NCBI GenBank assembly: GCA_964510015.1
Contig: CAZEAA010000002.1
Span: 427-64,426 of the forward strand
Length of the DNA stretch: 64,000 bases
Source of the DNA: an uncultured Sandaracinaceae bacterium
GTDB taxonomy: Bacteria > Myxococcota_A > Polyangia > Polyangiales > Houyiibacteriaceae
Direction: 5' to 3'
A model generated the notes under the pieces. The model was not told where the DNA came from. It was given only the letters and a program-made list of their open reading frames with translations, and did no database searches. Shown piece after piece: positions 43,565 to 53,305 of this stretch; the stretch's first letter is position 1, and each line of letters starts with the position of its first letter. The translations under genes and the position numbers were made by a program.

Positions 43565-44690
43565 TCACCGACACGCCCAGCGACAGGAAGATGCCGTAGA
43601 GCGGGATGATCGGTGGCCAGTCGCCCAGGTGCGCGATGCCGTAGGCCAGCGCCACGCCGAGCAGCACGCCTACGATGCCGCCCGCGATGGACACCACCAC
43701 CGCCTCGACGAGAAACTGGAGGAGGATGTCCCGCCGACGGGCGCCCACGGCCATGCGGACGCCGATCTCGCGCGTCCGCTCGCGCACCGACACCAGCATG
43801 ATGTTCATGATGCCGATGCCGCCCACCAGCAGCGACACGGCGGCCACGCTGCCGAGCAGCGCCTTGAACACGCCCGTCACCTGACCGAGCGTCTCGAGCA
43901 TCTCGGCCTGCGAGCGCACCGCGAAGTCGTCCTCCACGTCGTCACGCAGGCGGTGGCGCGCGCGCAGCACCTGGGTGACGCGCTCCACCAGCTGCGGCGC
44001 GTCGTCTTCGTTGGCGATCTGCAGGTTCAGGCCGCTCAGCTGCGGCAGGCCGAACAGCGAGCTCTGGTGCGTGCTGAGCGGGACGTAGACCTGGTCGTCG
44101 GGGGAGCTGAAGCCGGTGTCGCCCTTGCGCCCGAGCACACCCAAGACCCGGAAGGTGATGCCGCGCAGCTGCACGCGGGCTCCGAGCGGCGACGTGTCGC
44201 CGAAGAGCGTCTGGGCGACGTTGTGGCCGAGCACCACGACGCGTCGGCGCTGGTCGATGTCGGCCGTGGAGATGCCGAGGCCCGTCTGCACCGAGAGCGC
44301 GCGCACCCGGAAGTACGCGGGCGTGACGCCATAGATGGTGGCCGTCTGGTTGAACTCGCGGTACTTCACCTGCGCGCTGCCCGCAGCCTCGGGGGCTACC
44401 CCCGTGATGCCGGGCAAGCGCCCGAGCGCCTCGGCGTCCGCCAGCGTGAGCGTGTCCACGGTGCCGCTTCGCACGGGCCCGTTGGTGCGGTTGGACGGCC
44501 GGATGTAGAGCAGGTTCGCGCCCAGCGCCCGGATCTGGTTCTCGACGCTGGCCTGCGCGCCCTCGCCGATGGCGAGCACGGCCACCACGGCTGCCACGCC
44601 GATCACCATACCGAGCGCGGTCAGCGCCGTGCGCATGCGGTTGCTGGCCAAGGAGCGCATCGCGGTGCGCGCGGTCTCACGGATCAACAT
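43485..44690 (-). CDS. ABC transporter permease, MacB/FtsX family
   Basis: Track ORF, 401 aa. It has the MacB periplasmic domain followed by FtsX-type C-terminal TMs (MNIMLVSVRERTREIGVRMAVGA). Confidence 0.85.
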   Translation of the reverse strand: MLIRETARTAMRSLASNRMRTALTALGMVIGVAAVVAVLAIGEGAQASVENQIRALGANLLYIRPSNRTNGPVRSGTVDTLTLADAEALGRLPGITGVAPEAAGSAQVKYREFNQTATIYGVTPAYFRVRALSVQTGLGISTADIDQRRRVVVLGHNVAQTLFGDTSPLGARVQLRGITFRVLGVLGRKGDTGFSSPDDQVYVPLSTHQSSLFGLPQLSGLNLQIANEDDAPQLVERVTQVLRARHRLRDDVEDDFAVRSQAEMLETLGQVTGVFKALLGSVAAVSLLVGGIGIMNIMLVSVRERTREIGVRMAVGARRRDILLQFLVEAVVVSIAGGIVGVLLGVALAYGIAHLGDWPPIIPLYGIFLSLGVSVTIGLLFGVGPARRAAQLDPVAALRTE

Positions 44691-44691
44691 G

Positions 44692-45444
44692 CTAGGCCCC
44701 CCCGTGCGCGAGCTCGGCGCGCCGGATCTCGTCGACGATGGCCGCAGCCGGCCCGTCGCCCTCGATGACGCCGTCGCGCATCGTGAGCGCGCGCTTCAGC
44801 GTGGAGGCCACGCTCAGGTCGTGCGTGACCATGATGATGGTGGCCCCCTCGGCGTTGAGCTCGGCGAGCAAGCCGAGCACCTCGTGCCCCGTGCGGGTGT
44901 CGAGGGCGCCGGTGGGCTCGTCGCACAGCAGGATGGAGGGGTGGGTGACCAGCGCGCGCGCGATGGCCACCCGCTGCTTCTGGCCACCAGACAGCTCGGA
45001 AGGCACGTGGTGCGCGCGGTCCGCGAGGCCCACGCGCTCGAGCGCGTGCAGCGCGCGCTCCTTGGTCCGATCCACGCCCGCGTAGAGCAGCGGCAGCTCC
45101 ACGTTCTCGGCGGCGCTCATGCGCGGGAGCAGGTTGAAGCTCTGGAACACGAAGCCGATGTGCCGGTTGCGCACGGCGGCCAGCTCGTCGCTCTTCATGG
45201 TGGCCACGTCGCGCCCCTCGAGCCGGTAGACACCCTCCGTGGGCTGGTCCAGGCACCCGAGGATGTTGAGCAGCGAGCTCTTTCCGCAGCCCGAGGGACC
45301 GAGGATGGCGACCGACTCGCCGCGCTCGATGGTGAAGGAGATGCCGTTGACCGCCACCACGCGCAGCTCGGGCCGGTCGGGGTGGTAGACCTTGCTGAGC
45401 GCCTCGATGATGACGGGCGCGCCGCTCATCGCCGCCGCGCTCAT
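44692..45444 (-). CDS. ABC transporter ATP-binding protein (MacB/LolD type)
   Basis: Track ORF, 250 aa. It has Walker A GPSGCGKSS, signature LSGGQKQR and Walker B ILLCDEPTGALD. An alternative ATG is at 45429. Confidence 0.9.
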   Translation of the reverse strand: MSAAAMSGAPVIIEALSKVYHPDRPELRVVAVNGISFTIERGESVAILGPSGCGKSSLLNILGCLDQPTEGVYRLEGRDVATMKSDELAAVRNRHIGFVFQSFNLLPRMSAAENVELPLLYAGVDRTKERALHALERVGLADRAHHVPSELSGGQKQRVAIARALVTHPSILLCDEPTGALDTRTGHEVLGLLAELNAEGATIIMVTHDLSVASTLKRALTMRDGVIEGDGPAAAIVDEIRRAELAHGGA

Positions 45445-46664
45445 CGCCGCCGCCGCCCGCCACCGGGGCCGCCGAACAGGGCGCTCCCGCCGCTGCCGCT
45501 CGGGCGCGCCCCCGCTTCCCCCTCGGGCCTCGGCGGGTTCGGGTCGGCGGCGATCACGTCGCCTTCGTTCAAGCCGCTCAGGACCACCACGCTGGTTCCA
45601 TCGGTGCCGCCGGTGGTGATGTTGTGGTCCTCGCCGTTCGCGAGGATCACGGTGTGCTCGTCGCCGTGGCTGCGTACCGCGGTGAGCGGGATGAGCAGCA
45701 CGTCTTGCTGACGGTTCGTCACGATCTCGACGTCGGCGCTCATGCCCGAGCGCAGCTGGCTCCGGCGCTCGTCGGTGACCACGATCTCCACGTCGAACGT
45801 GACCACGTTGGAGGCGTTCGTGCCGAGCGGGCTCACGCGATGGACGCGGCCCGTGAACACCACGTCGCGGTAGGCATCGACCCGGATCTGGACCTCCTGA
45901 CCCACCGAGACAGACCCGATCTGAGCCTCGTCGATGGCTCCGATCACGCGCAGATCCGCGAGGTCCGCCAGCGTCATGATCGCCGACCCGCCGCCGACGT
46001 TGGTCACCGCCGAGGTCACCATGGAGCCGACCTCGACCGTGACCGAGAGCACCGTGCCGCTGATGGGCGCGGTGATGACGGTGGCCTCCCGCCGGCGCCG
46101 CGCGTCCGACACGCTCAGGCGCGACGACTCGACCAGCGCGCGGGCCGCGGCCACGTTCGCGCGGCGCAGCTCTACCTGCCGCTCCGCCTGGGCGCGCTGA
46201 TGCTCGGTGCCACGCGCGGCCTCGTCCGAGACGATGCCCAGCGTCTGACCGCGGGCCGAGACGTCGTGCGTCACCCCCGCTTGTTGCAGCTCGGCCTCGG
46301 CGACCGCGAGGTTGGCCTGCGCCTCGCGCAGCTGAGCGAGGCTGCGCCGTTGCTCCGCGAGCGAGCCATCCACGGCACGGTCGGTGTCGAACGGGTCGAG
46401 GCGGATCAGGGGCGTCCCGGCGGTGACCACCTGGCCCTCTTGCACCATCACCTCGATGACCTCGCCGCTCTCTCGCGAGCGGATCTCCACCTGCACGTCG
46501 GGCTGTATGGTGCCGGTCGCGCCGGCGTACTCCACCAGCTCGCCGCGCGTGACCGTCACGGTCTGGCGTGGCCGCCCGGCCTCCGGGTCCTCGCGGAAGA
46601 AGAAGTAGTAGATGGCGCCCCCGATGGCGCCGAGGAGCACGAGGGCGATCAACGCGCGCTTCAT
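45441..46664 (-). CDS. Efflux periplasmic adaptor (membrane fusion protein, MacA/HlyD family)
   Basis: Real part of track ORF 45441..47579. ATG 46664 overlaps the upstream TGA (ATGA). The N-terminus is MKRALIALVLLGAIGGAIYYF, followed by a coiled-coil hairpin and beta-barrel regions. Confidence 0.8.
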   Translation of the reverse strand: MKRALIALVLLGAIGGAIYYFFFREDPEAGRPRQTVTVTRGELVEYAGATGTIQPDVQVEIRSRESGEVIEVMVQEGQVVTAGTPLIRLDPFDTDRAVDGSLAEQRRSLAQLREAQANLAVAEAELQQAGVTHDVSARGQTLGIVSDEAARGTEHQRAQAERQVELRRANVAAARALVESSRLSVSDARRRREATVITAPISGTVLSVTVEVGSMVTSAVTNVGGGSAIMTLADLADLRVIGAIDEAQIGSVSVGQEVQIRVDAYRDVVFTGRVHRVSPLGTNASNVVTFDVEIVVTDERRSQLRSGMSADVEIVTNRQQDVLLIPLTAVRSHGDEHTVILANGEDHNITTGGTDGTSVVVLSGLNEGDVIAADPNPPRPEGEAGARPSGSGGSALFGGPGGGRRRR

Positions 46665-48247
46665 GATGGCGTGGTCCCGGCCACGCGCGGCGCGACCAAC
46701 GAAGTGAGCAGCTCTCCCGTGCGGTGGCGCAGACGCAGCACCACCAGCACCTCGTCGAGCACGGCGCGCTCGCGCTGCAGGATGGCGGCCCGCGCTTGTT
46801 GCTGGGCCTCGATCAACACGACGGGCGTGGTCGTCCCGAGCGCCAGACGCTCGCGCTCGGCGCCGGCCAGCTCGTCGGCCAGCTGGCTCTGCGTGCTGCT
46901 CTGGGCCACGCGCGTGTGGGCCGCCTCGAGCTCCGTGAACAGCGTGGCGAGCTCGGTCTCGATGGCCATCTCGCGTGCGTGCGCCCGAGCCCGGGCGGCC
47001 AGCAGCTGGGCAGCGGCCTGGGCGTGGGCACCTGCCGCGCGGCCTCCGCCGACGGGCAGCTCCAGCTCGAGGCGGCCGCCGACCGAGAACGCCGGGCGAC
47101 CCCCCGGCAGCGCGAGGCCCTCGAGCATGTCGTCGGTCCAGATGCCGGACATCGAGCCGTTGACGATCAGGTCGAGGCGCGTCTGGTCCGCGTCCGCGGT
47201 AGCGCGCAGCGCTTCTTCGGCGGCCTCGATCTCGGCCTCGACGGCCAGCCACTCGCTGGAGTTGGCGAGCGTCATCGCCAGCGCGCTCGCGAAGTCCAGC
47301 GCGTACGCGTCGAGCGCCGGTGCGGTGATGGCCACCAGTGGCTGGCCGTCCGCCGCCTGCCGCGCGAGGAGTCGGCCGAGCTCCAGGGCTCGGGCATCGC
47401 GCTGCTGCGTGCTGGTCACCAGCGCGTTCTGCACCGTGAGCTGCTCGGTGGCAAAACGCAGCACGTCGGCCCGCGCCAACGTCCCGAGGGCCTCCTGACG
47501 GCGGGTGGCTTCGTCGAGCTGCTGCGTGGCGAGCGCCAGCGCCTGCTGCTGCACCTCGACGGCGCGCTGCGCGTACCACAGCTCCCAGTAGGCGGTCAGC
47601 ACGTCGCGCGCGAGCTCGCTCGCTGCTTGATCGTGCAGGTGGCCGGCCTGACGCTCGATGGCGCGCGCCCGCTCGAACGACGCCCGCGTGGCGTCCCGTC
47701 CCGCTCCGCGCAAGAGCGGCTGGGTGGCGGTCAGCGCGACCTGCCCGCGGTAGACGGGGCCGATGGTCACGGCCGTGGTGGTGCCGGCCGTCAGGTTGAC
47801 CGTCTGCCAGAGCATGGACGAGGTGACCGTCGCGCTGACCCGCGTGCCGAGCGCGCCCGTGTGCGCCACCCCGAGGCTCGCGTCGCCGCCGTGGTCCTCG
47901 TTGAGCACGGGCCCCTGGCTGGTGGCCGAGAAGCGCTCGTTGCGACTGGCGCCCAGGCTGGCCGTGACCACGGGCCGCACGGCCTCGCGCTCGGCTTCTC
48001 GCCCGTACCGCGCCGCGACGGCGTCCTGCGCCGCCGCTTCGAGCGCCGGGTTGTGCTCCGCCGCCAACGCCAGGGCCTCTTCCGCGGTCAGCGGCTGCGC
48101 GAGGCTCTCGGCGGGCCAGCCCAGCACCAGCACCAGCGACGCGGGGACCGCCAGCCCGCGAGCAGCGTGGCGTGCGCGCCGCAGCGACGGTGCGACGGAG
48201 GACGTCCTCGGAGGACGGGGCGGTGGGGGGGAGACGACGTAGAGCAT
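46661..48247 (-). CDS. TolC-family outer membrane efflux protein
   Basis: Track ORF 46661..48439. The start is set at ATG 48247. The LTAEEALALAAEHNPALEAA motif and a duplicated alpha-helical/beta-barrel repeat pattern are typical of OEP/TolC. Confidence 0.75.
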   Translation of the reverse strand: MLYVVSPPPPRPPRTSSVAPSLRRARHAARGLAVPASLVLVLGWPAESLAQPLTAEEALALAAEHNPALEAAAQDAVAARYGREAEREAVRPVVTASLGASRNERFSATSQGPVLNEDHGGDASLGVAHTGALGTRVSATVTSSMLWQTVNLTAGTTTAVTIGPVYRGQVALTATQPLLRGAGRDATRASFERARAIERQAGHLHDQAASELARDVLTAYWELWYAQRAVEVQQQALALATQQLDEATRRQEALGTLARADVLRFATEQLTVQNALVTSTQQRDARALELGRLLARQAADGQPLVAITAPALDAYALDFASALAMTLANSSEWLAVEAEIEAAEEALRATADADQTRLDLIVNGSMSGIWTDDMLEGLALPGGRPAFSVGGRLELELPVGGGRAAGAHAQAAAQLLAARARAHAREMAIETELATLFTELEAAHTRVAQSSTQSQLADELAGAERERLALGTTTPVVLIEAQQQARAAILQRERAVLDEVLVVLRLRHRTGELLTSLVAPRVAGTTPS

Positions 48248-48350
48248 GGGGCCACTTTCTAGCACCCTTGGCGCCCCACGTATTCCACGGGGACGAACGA
48301 GCAGGGGAGCCGATCCAGGATTCCTTTCAGCTTCCACCGTGGCACGGCCA

Positions 48351-48392
48351 TGTGAAGCGACCGTGCTCGGCGGTGTGAAGAAGTGTGAAGCG
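48351..48392. promoter_or_regulatory. Three TGTGAAG direct repeats (two in exact 10-bp tandem) upstream of the efflux operon
   Basis: TGTGAAGCG is at 48351-59, GTGTGAAGAA at 48373-82 and GTGTGAAGCG at 48383-92. They lie 100-145 nt upstream of the tolC-like start (minus strand). Confidence 0.25.
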
Positions 48393-48435
48393 CGCGCGGC
48401 AGCCCGCGTCGGCCCGCGTGGGCCCCCGCCGCGGG

Positions 48436-49206
48436 TCACGTCGGTTCAGCGGCTGGGGGGACGGCTGCGGGGCCCACGTAGTCCACCACGCGCTCCACGA
48501 AGGCCCGCCAGTCGAGGGGGCAGTCGTTGTGACCGCCCTCTTCGGCGAGCAACGGGCCCCCCGTGATGGCGGCCAGCGCCTCGGCCTGCGCGAAGGGCAC
48601 CAGCTCGTCCCGGCGGCCATGCAGGTGCAGCGCGCGGGCCGGCTTGTGGCGCAGCACCTCGGCGCTGTCGAAGGGATCGGTCACGAAGCGCGCAGGCAGG
48701 CGGTAGAGGTGGCTGGCCAGCGCCACCACGCTGCTGAACGTGCTCATCAGCACCAACGCGTGAGCGTCGCGCTCGCGGTACACCTGGCACACGGCCCCAC
48801 CGCCCAGCGACCGGCCCATCAGGATGCAGCGGCTCGCGTCCACCTCGGGCAGCGCCTGCATGCGGTCGTAGAGGCGCACGAAGTCCTCCCGCACCTTGGC
48901 CTCGCTGGCTTGGCCCTCGCTGCGTCCGTACCCGCGGTACTCGGCGAGCAGCACGTGGAAGCCGCGCTCGCGGAAGGCCCGCATGGGGTGTGGCCAGTCG
49001 TCGATCAGCTCGCCGTTGCCGTGCGCGAAGAAGATGGCGGGGCGCGGTCCGCTGCCGGTGAGCGCGGGCAACCACCACGCCTCGATGGGGCCTTCGTCCG
49101 TGACCAGCGTCCAGCGCTCGAGGCCAGCGACGTCCGAGCCGGCGCGACAGGCCGGGATGCGGTCCTGGGCTGGGAAGAGCAGCGCGCGCTGGAGCTTCTT
49201 GAACAA
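48436..49206 (-). CDS. Alpha/beta hydrolase
   Basis: Track ORF, 256 aa. It has the nucleophile elbow GRSLGG and an HGNGE oxyanion region. Confidence 0.75.
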   Translation of the reverse strand: MFKKLQRALLFPAQDRIPACRAGSDVAGLERWTLVTDEGPIEAWWLPALTGSGPRPAIFFAHGNGELIDDWPHPMRAFRERGFHVLLAEYRGYGRSEGQASEAKVREDFVRLYDRMQALPEVDASRCILMGRSLGGGAVCQVYRERDAHALVLMSTFSSVVALASHLYRLPARFVTDPFDSAEVLRHKPARALHLHGRRDELVPFAQAEALAAITGGPLLAEEGGHNDCPLDWRAFVERVVDYVGPAAVPPAAEPT

Positions 49207-49208
49207 GC

Positions 49209-49937
49209 TCAGGGCGCGCCTCCGTGGGGCAAGCGCGCGAGGAAGTCGGCCACGTGCTGCGCGACCGCGGCGCTCTCCTCCATGGGCAGGCTGTGGCCCG
49301 CGCCCGGCAGCACCACCAGCGAAGAGCCAGCGATGCGCTCGTGCAGAAAGCGCGCGTACTTGAGCGGCGTCAGCGGGTCGGCGTCGCCCACCAGGATGAG
49401 CGTCGGGGTCCTGATCTCGTGGACGCGCGCCATCCGATCGAACGCGTCGGCGGCGCGCCAGTCGGCGAGGGCCGTGGCCCGTGGGGTCAGCGGTGAGGGC
49501 TCGACGCTGCGCACGAAGTCTTCGTCGGCGGGCGACCGGGGCGTGGCGTCCTCCTCCGGGGGGCCGAGCGCCGCGAGGATGCTGGGATGCACCCGCAGAC
49601 GCGCGCCGGTGGACACCAGCACGAGGGCCTGCAGACCCGTGGGCGCGTCGAGCGCGTACTCGAGGGCCACGGCCCCACCCATCGAGTGCCCCAGCACGAC
49701 GTGCGGGGCTTCGAGGCTGCCCAGCTGTGCCAGCACGTACTCGCGCACGTAGGCCGCCAGGTCGCTGACCGTCTCGCGCGGTGGCCCCGCGACGTCGGCG
49801 CGACCAGGGTAAGACAGCGGGTGCGTGGCGACCCCGTGCCGCGCTGCGAGGATCCGCGCGAGCTTGGTGACGGCCCCGGCTTCGGCGCCCGCGCCGTGGC
49901 AGAGGAAGACGCTCGGCTCGGTCGCTGCGCCGCTCAC
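49209..49937 (-). CDS. Alpha/beta hydrolase
   Basis: Real part of track ORF 49209..50489. GTG 49937 overlaps the upstream TGA (GTGA). It has the nucleophile elbow GHSMGG and a C-terminal GAGH. Confidence 0.7.
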   Translation of the reverse strand: MSGAATEPSVFLCHGAGAEAGAVTKLARILAARHGVATHPLSYPGRADVAGPPRETVSDLAAYVREYVLAQLGSLEAPHVVLGHSMGGAVALEYALDAPTGLQALVLVSTGARLRVHPSILAALGPPEEDATPRSPADEDFVRSVEPSPLTPRATALADWRAADAFDRMARVHEIRTPTLILVGDADPLTPLKYARFLHERIAGSSLVVLPGAGHSLPMEESAAVAQHVADFLARLPHGGAP

Positions 49938-50377
49938 AGCGACTCGGCGCGCTCCTGGAACTTCTGCATCATCTCGGGCAGCTGCGAGTCGGCGAAGGCC
50001 TTCTGGATCTCGAGCGCGATGGGCAGCGACGTCACCAGCTCCGAGCGGTAGTGCGCGATGGTCTCGCCGTCGGCCGTCTCTTCCAGGCGCCACTCGCCGT
50101 CGTTCACGGTCAGGTCGGGCGACGCCTGCAGCGTCCAGCTCACCTTCAACGCAGCGCGGTCGATGACGTAGTCGAGCGTGTAGTCGGTCTTCACGTCCAG
50201 GCCCGCGAAGGCCACGGCCACGTGGAAGCGCGCGCGCAGCGCCGTGTCGCTCTTCGAGAGCACCTCGACCTTCTTCACCTCGGGCAGGAAGCGGGGGTAG
50301 TTCTCCACGTCCAGCACCACGTCCAGGAATTCGGAGGGGGCCACGAAGGTCTCGACGGTCGTCTCGCTGATGGGCAT
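49934..50377 (-). CDS. SRPBCC-fold protein (RatA/Coq10-like polyketide cyclase/dehydrase family)
   Basis: Real part of track ORF 49934..51517. The start is ATG 50377, giving 147 aa. DVENYPRFLPEV matches the family motif. Confidence 0.65.
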   Translation of the reverse strand: MPISETTVETFVAPSEFLDVVLDVENYPRFLPEVKKVEVLSKSDTALRARFHVAVAFAGLDVKTDYTLDYVIDRAALKVSWTLQASPDLTVNDGEWRLEETADGETIAHYRSELVTSLPIALEIQKAFADSQLPEMMQKFQERAESL

Positions 50378-50542
50378 GACCTTTCTCGTACAGCGCCCAC
50401 GGCGGGGGGTGCAACGGGATTCGTCGGGTCGCCACGGAATCGCCACAACTTCTCCGCGGGCCTTCCTCGGGCTCTTCGCGCGGGCGCAACGACGCTCCGA
50501 CACGCTGGCCTCCATGACATGTACGACCAATGGAGGTGTGCG

Positions 50543-51856
50543 ATGAAGAGGTTCGGTTCGATCCTGGGGATCTGGGTGGGCTGCGCGTTCGCGTGGATGG
50601 TGCTGGGCTCGACGCTGACGGTGCGCTCCGGCGAGATGTCGTCGTCCCTGCGCTCGGAGGTCCACCAGCTCTGGGGGCCGGAAGGCGTGCAGGTGGCGCC
50701 GACCGCGTCGTTCGAGCGCGTGGGCGTCACCGCCGAGACGCAGACCGTCACGGACACGCAGGGCGAGACCCGTCAGACCACCACGCAGCGCGAGGAGCGC
50801 ACTCGCGTGGACGTCCCGCTGGTGCAGTCGGACCTGCACGCCACCTTCGACCTCGAGCAGCGCAAGAAGGGCCTGAACTGGTTCCCTACCTACGCCATCT
50901 CGTTCCGCGGCGTGTACCGCTTCGTGAACCCCACCCAGGAGCCGCAGCGCGTCAGCATGGTGGTGCCGCTGATGGCCGACAACGTGGGCTACGACAACTT
51001 CGTGGTGCGCGTGCCGGGCGGGGCCGAGCTGCCCTTCGTGATCTCCCCCGAGTTCGCCACCGTGGAGCGCGACTTCGCGCCGGGCGAGGCCTTGTCGTTC
51101 GAGGTGGCCTACCGCACGCGCGGCACCAGCTCGTGGACCTACCACATGGCGCAGGGCAACGGCCGGGTGCGTGACTTCCACCTCGTGGTGGACACCGACT
51201 TCGCCGACGTGGACTTCCCGCCCGGCTCGCTCTCCCCCAGCGAGCACCGCGCGGCGGGCGGTGGCTGGCACGGTGAGTGGGCGTTCGACTCCCTGATCTC
51301 GAGCGCGCCCGTGGCGCTGTCCATGCCCGAGGAGCTCAACCCCGGGCCGCTCGCCTCGCGCATCACGTTCTTCGCGCCCGTCTCGCTGCTGTTCTTCTTC
51401 TTCGTGGTGGCCGTACTCGCCACCGTCCAGAAGAAGGAGCTCCACCCCATGCACTACTTCATGATCGGGTGCGCGTTCTTCGCGTTCCACCTGCTGTTCG
51501 CCTACCTGGTGGACCACGTGCCGGTGACCGCGTCGTTCTCGCTCAGCGCGTTGGTGTCGCTGCTGCTGGTGGTGTCCTACGCGCGCCTCTTCGTGGGCTG
51601 GCGCTTCGCGCTCCGCGAGGTGGGCATCAGCCAGGTGCTGTACCTGGTGCTCTTCAGCTACAGCTTCTTCTGGGACGGCTTCACCGGGCTGGCCATCACC
51701 CTAGGGGCCATCGGGACGCTCTTCGTGATGATGCAGGTCACCGGTCGCCTCGACTGGGGCAAGAGCGAGGGTGGGCCCGCGACGGGAGCCCCCGCTCCGC
51801 TTCCCCCGAGCGGCTTCGGTGACCAAGCCCCCGGGGCTCGGCCCGCCGCGTTCTAG
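50543..51856 (+). CDS. creD: CreD-like inner membrane protein
   Basis: Real part of track ORF 50051..51856. ATG 50543 follows TGGAGG. It has one N-terminal TM, a large periplasmic domain and five C-terminal TMs. LHPMHY and MMQVTGRLDW parallel E. coli CreD LHPMQY and MFVTRNIDW (from memory). Confidence 0.65.
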   Translation: MKRFGSILGIWVGCAFAWMVLGSTLTVRSGEMSSSLRSEVHQLWGPEGVQVAPTASFERVGVTAETQTVTDTQGETRQTTTQREERTRVDVPLVQSDLHATFDLEQRKKGLNWFPTYAISFRGVYRFVNPTQEPQRVSMVVPLMADNVGYDNFVVRVPGGAELPFVISPEFATVERDFAPGEALSFEVAYRTRGTSSWTYHMAQGNGRVRDFHLVVDTDFADVDFPPGSLSPSEHRAAGGGWHGEWAFDSLISSAPVALSMPEELNPGPLASRITFFAPVSLLFFFFVVAVLATVQKKELHPMHYFMIGCAFFAFHLLFAYLVDHVPVTASFSLSALVSLLLVVSYARLFVGWRFALREVGISQVLYLVLFSYSFFWDGFTGLAITLGAIGTLFVMMQVTGRLDWGKSEGGPATGAPAPLPPSGFGDQAPGARPAAF

Positions 51857-51895
51857 CCCGTATCTCGGGCAGTGCCCGTACCTCGGGCAGCGGCG

Positions 51896-53245
51896 CTAGC
51901 CGGCGTCGGCAGCCAGATCCTCGGCGGCGAGCTGGTCGCGGTCGGACACCACGCGGTTTCGACCGCCGCGCTTGGCCTCGTAGAGCGCGGCGTCGGCCAC
52001 GTCCAGCAGCGTCTCCACGGTGGCGTAGACGGGGGGGAGCGTGGCGATGCCGAAGCTCGCGGTCACCTTCAAGCGGCCGTGGTCCTCCCTCACGGAGGGC
52101 ACGCCGAAGTCGAGCGCGGCGACCGCCACCCGGCAGCGCTCGGCCACCACGCGGGCCTCGCCGTCACCGATGCCCGGCAGCACGACCAGGAACTCTTCTC
52201 CCCCGAAGCGGCCCAGCGTGTCGTTCTTCCGCAGCACCAGCTGCAGCGCGCCCGCCACCTGCCGCAGCACCTCGTCGCCGATCAAGTGACCGTGGTCGTC
52301 GTTCACGCGCTTGAAGTGGTCGATGTCCACCATGACCACCGACAGCGGGCGCTTGGTGCTGGCGCGGGCGAACGCGCGGTCGAGTACGTCCATGACGTAG
52401 CCGCGGTTGAAGATGCCGGTCAGCGCGTCGGTCTGCGCCGCGTGCTCGAGGCGCCGCTCGCGGTAGTGCCAGCTCGAGACGATCATCCCGAGGAAGGGGA
52501 AGACGATCAGCGAGAGGGCCACGGTGGCTACCGTGGAGCGCAGCAGCCAGTCGGGGTCCAGCCCCCGTCCCGCCGTGGACGCCATGTAGAGCGTCTCGAA
52601 CGGCAAATGGCCTTCGTGGCTCAGCCACGCGATGGCCGCGATGCCGAGCACGTGGAAGGCCATCCCGGCGAGCAGCACGCGCCGCTCGAAGAAGATCATG
52701 CCCGTGGTCACGCCGGCCAGGAGCGCGAAGCCGCTCGGCGCGCTGAACGGGCCGGTCACGTAGCTGAAGAAGGCGATGTTGAGCGCGTAGTAGATGGCGG
52801 TCACGTGCGTGAGCACGGGGCGCGGGTCGCTGTCCTGCGCGCGCACCAGCCGCAGCGTGGGGATCAGCATGAGCGGCCACACCAAGAGGATGACCACCGA
52901 CCACGGCGCGCTCGCCTGCACCTCCTGCAGCTCGCTGGGGCGGAAGAACGGCCAGCCGTCCAGCACCACCGCCGTGAGGCCGTAGGTCCCCGCGGCCACG
53001 CTCATCAGCGCCTGAACGAAGAGGCACTTGGCCGCATCGGTCAGCCGGCCCGTCGTCCCGGCCTTCTCGGCCAGCCGGTCGAGCAGCGGACGGTCTTCCA
53101 CGCGGGTGGGGGTGGTCAGCCCGGACCACGACGAGAGCCCGTCACCCGACGACGAGAGCGAGCGGCGCTCCGCGCTGCGCAGAGCGACAGCGTCCGAGGA
53201 GAGCGACTTCGGCTCTTCGGGGGGGCGCGTCGACGACGGGGACAT
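51896..53245 (-). CDS. Membrane-bound diguanylate cyclase (multi-TM sensor + GGDEF)
   Basis: Track ORF, 449 aa. Motifs are DALTGIFNRG, RFGGEEF and YEAKRGGRN. There are about six TM helices N-terminal to the GGDEF domain. Confidence 0.85.
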   Translation of the reverse strand: MSPSSTRPPEEPKSLSSDAVALRSAERRSLSSSGDGLSSWSGLTTPTRVEDRPLLDRLAEKAGTTGRLTDAAKCLFVQALMSVAAGTYGLTAVVLDGWPFFRPSELQEVQASAPWSVVILLVWPLMLIPTLRLVRAQDSDPRPVLTHVTAIYYALNIAFFSYVTGPFSAPSGFALLAGVTTGMIFFERRVLLAGMAFHVLGIAAIAWLSHEGHLPFETLYMASTAGRGLDPDWLLRSTVATVALSLIVFPFLGMIVSSWHYRERRLEHAAQTDALTGIFNRGYVMDVLDRAFARASTKRPLSVVMVDIDHFKRVNDDHGHLIGDEVLRQVAGALQLVLRKNDTLGRFGGEEFLVVLPGIGDGEARVVAERCRVAVAALDFGVPSVREDHGRLKVTASFGIATLPPVYATVETLLDVADAALYEAKRGGRNRVVSDRDQLAAEDLAADAG

Positions 53246-53305
53246 TCCTGACCCTAGAGTGTATCGTTGTCACGATCTTGGGAACGCCCTTTGTTCCCCG
53301 CGACC

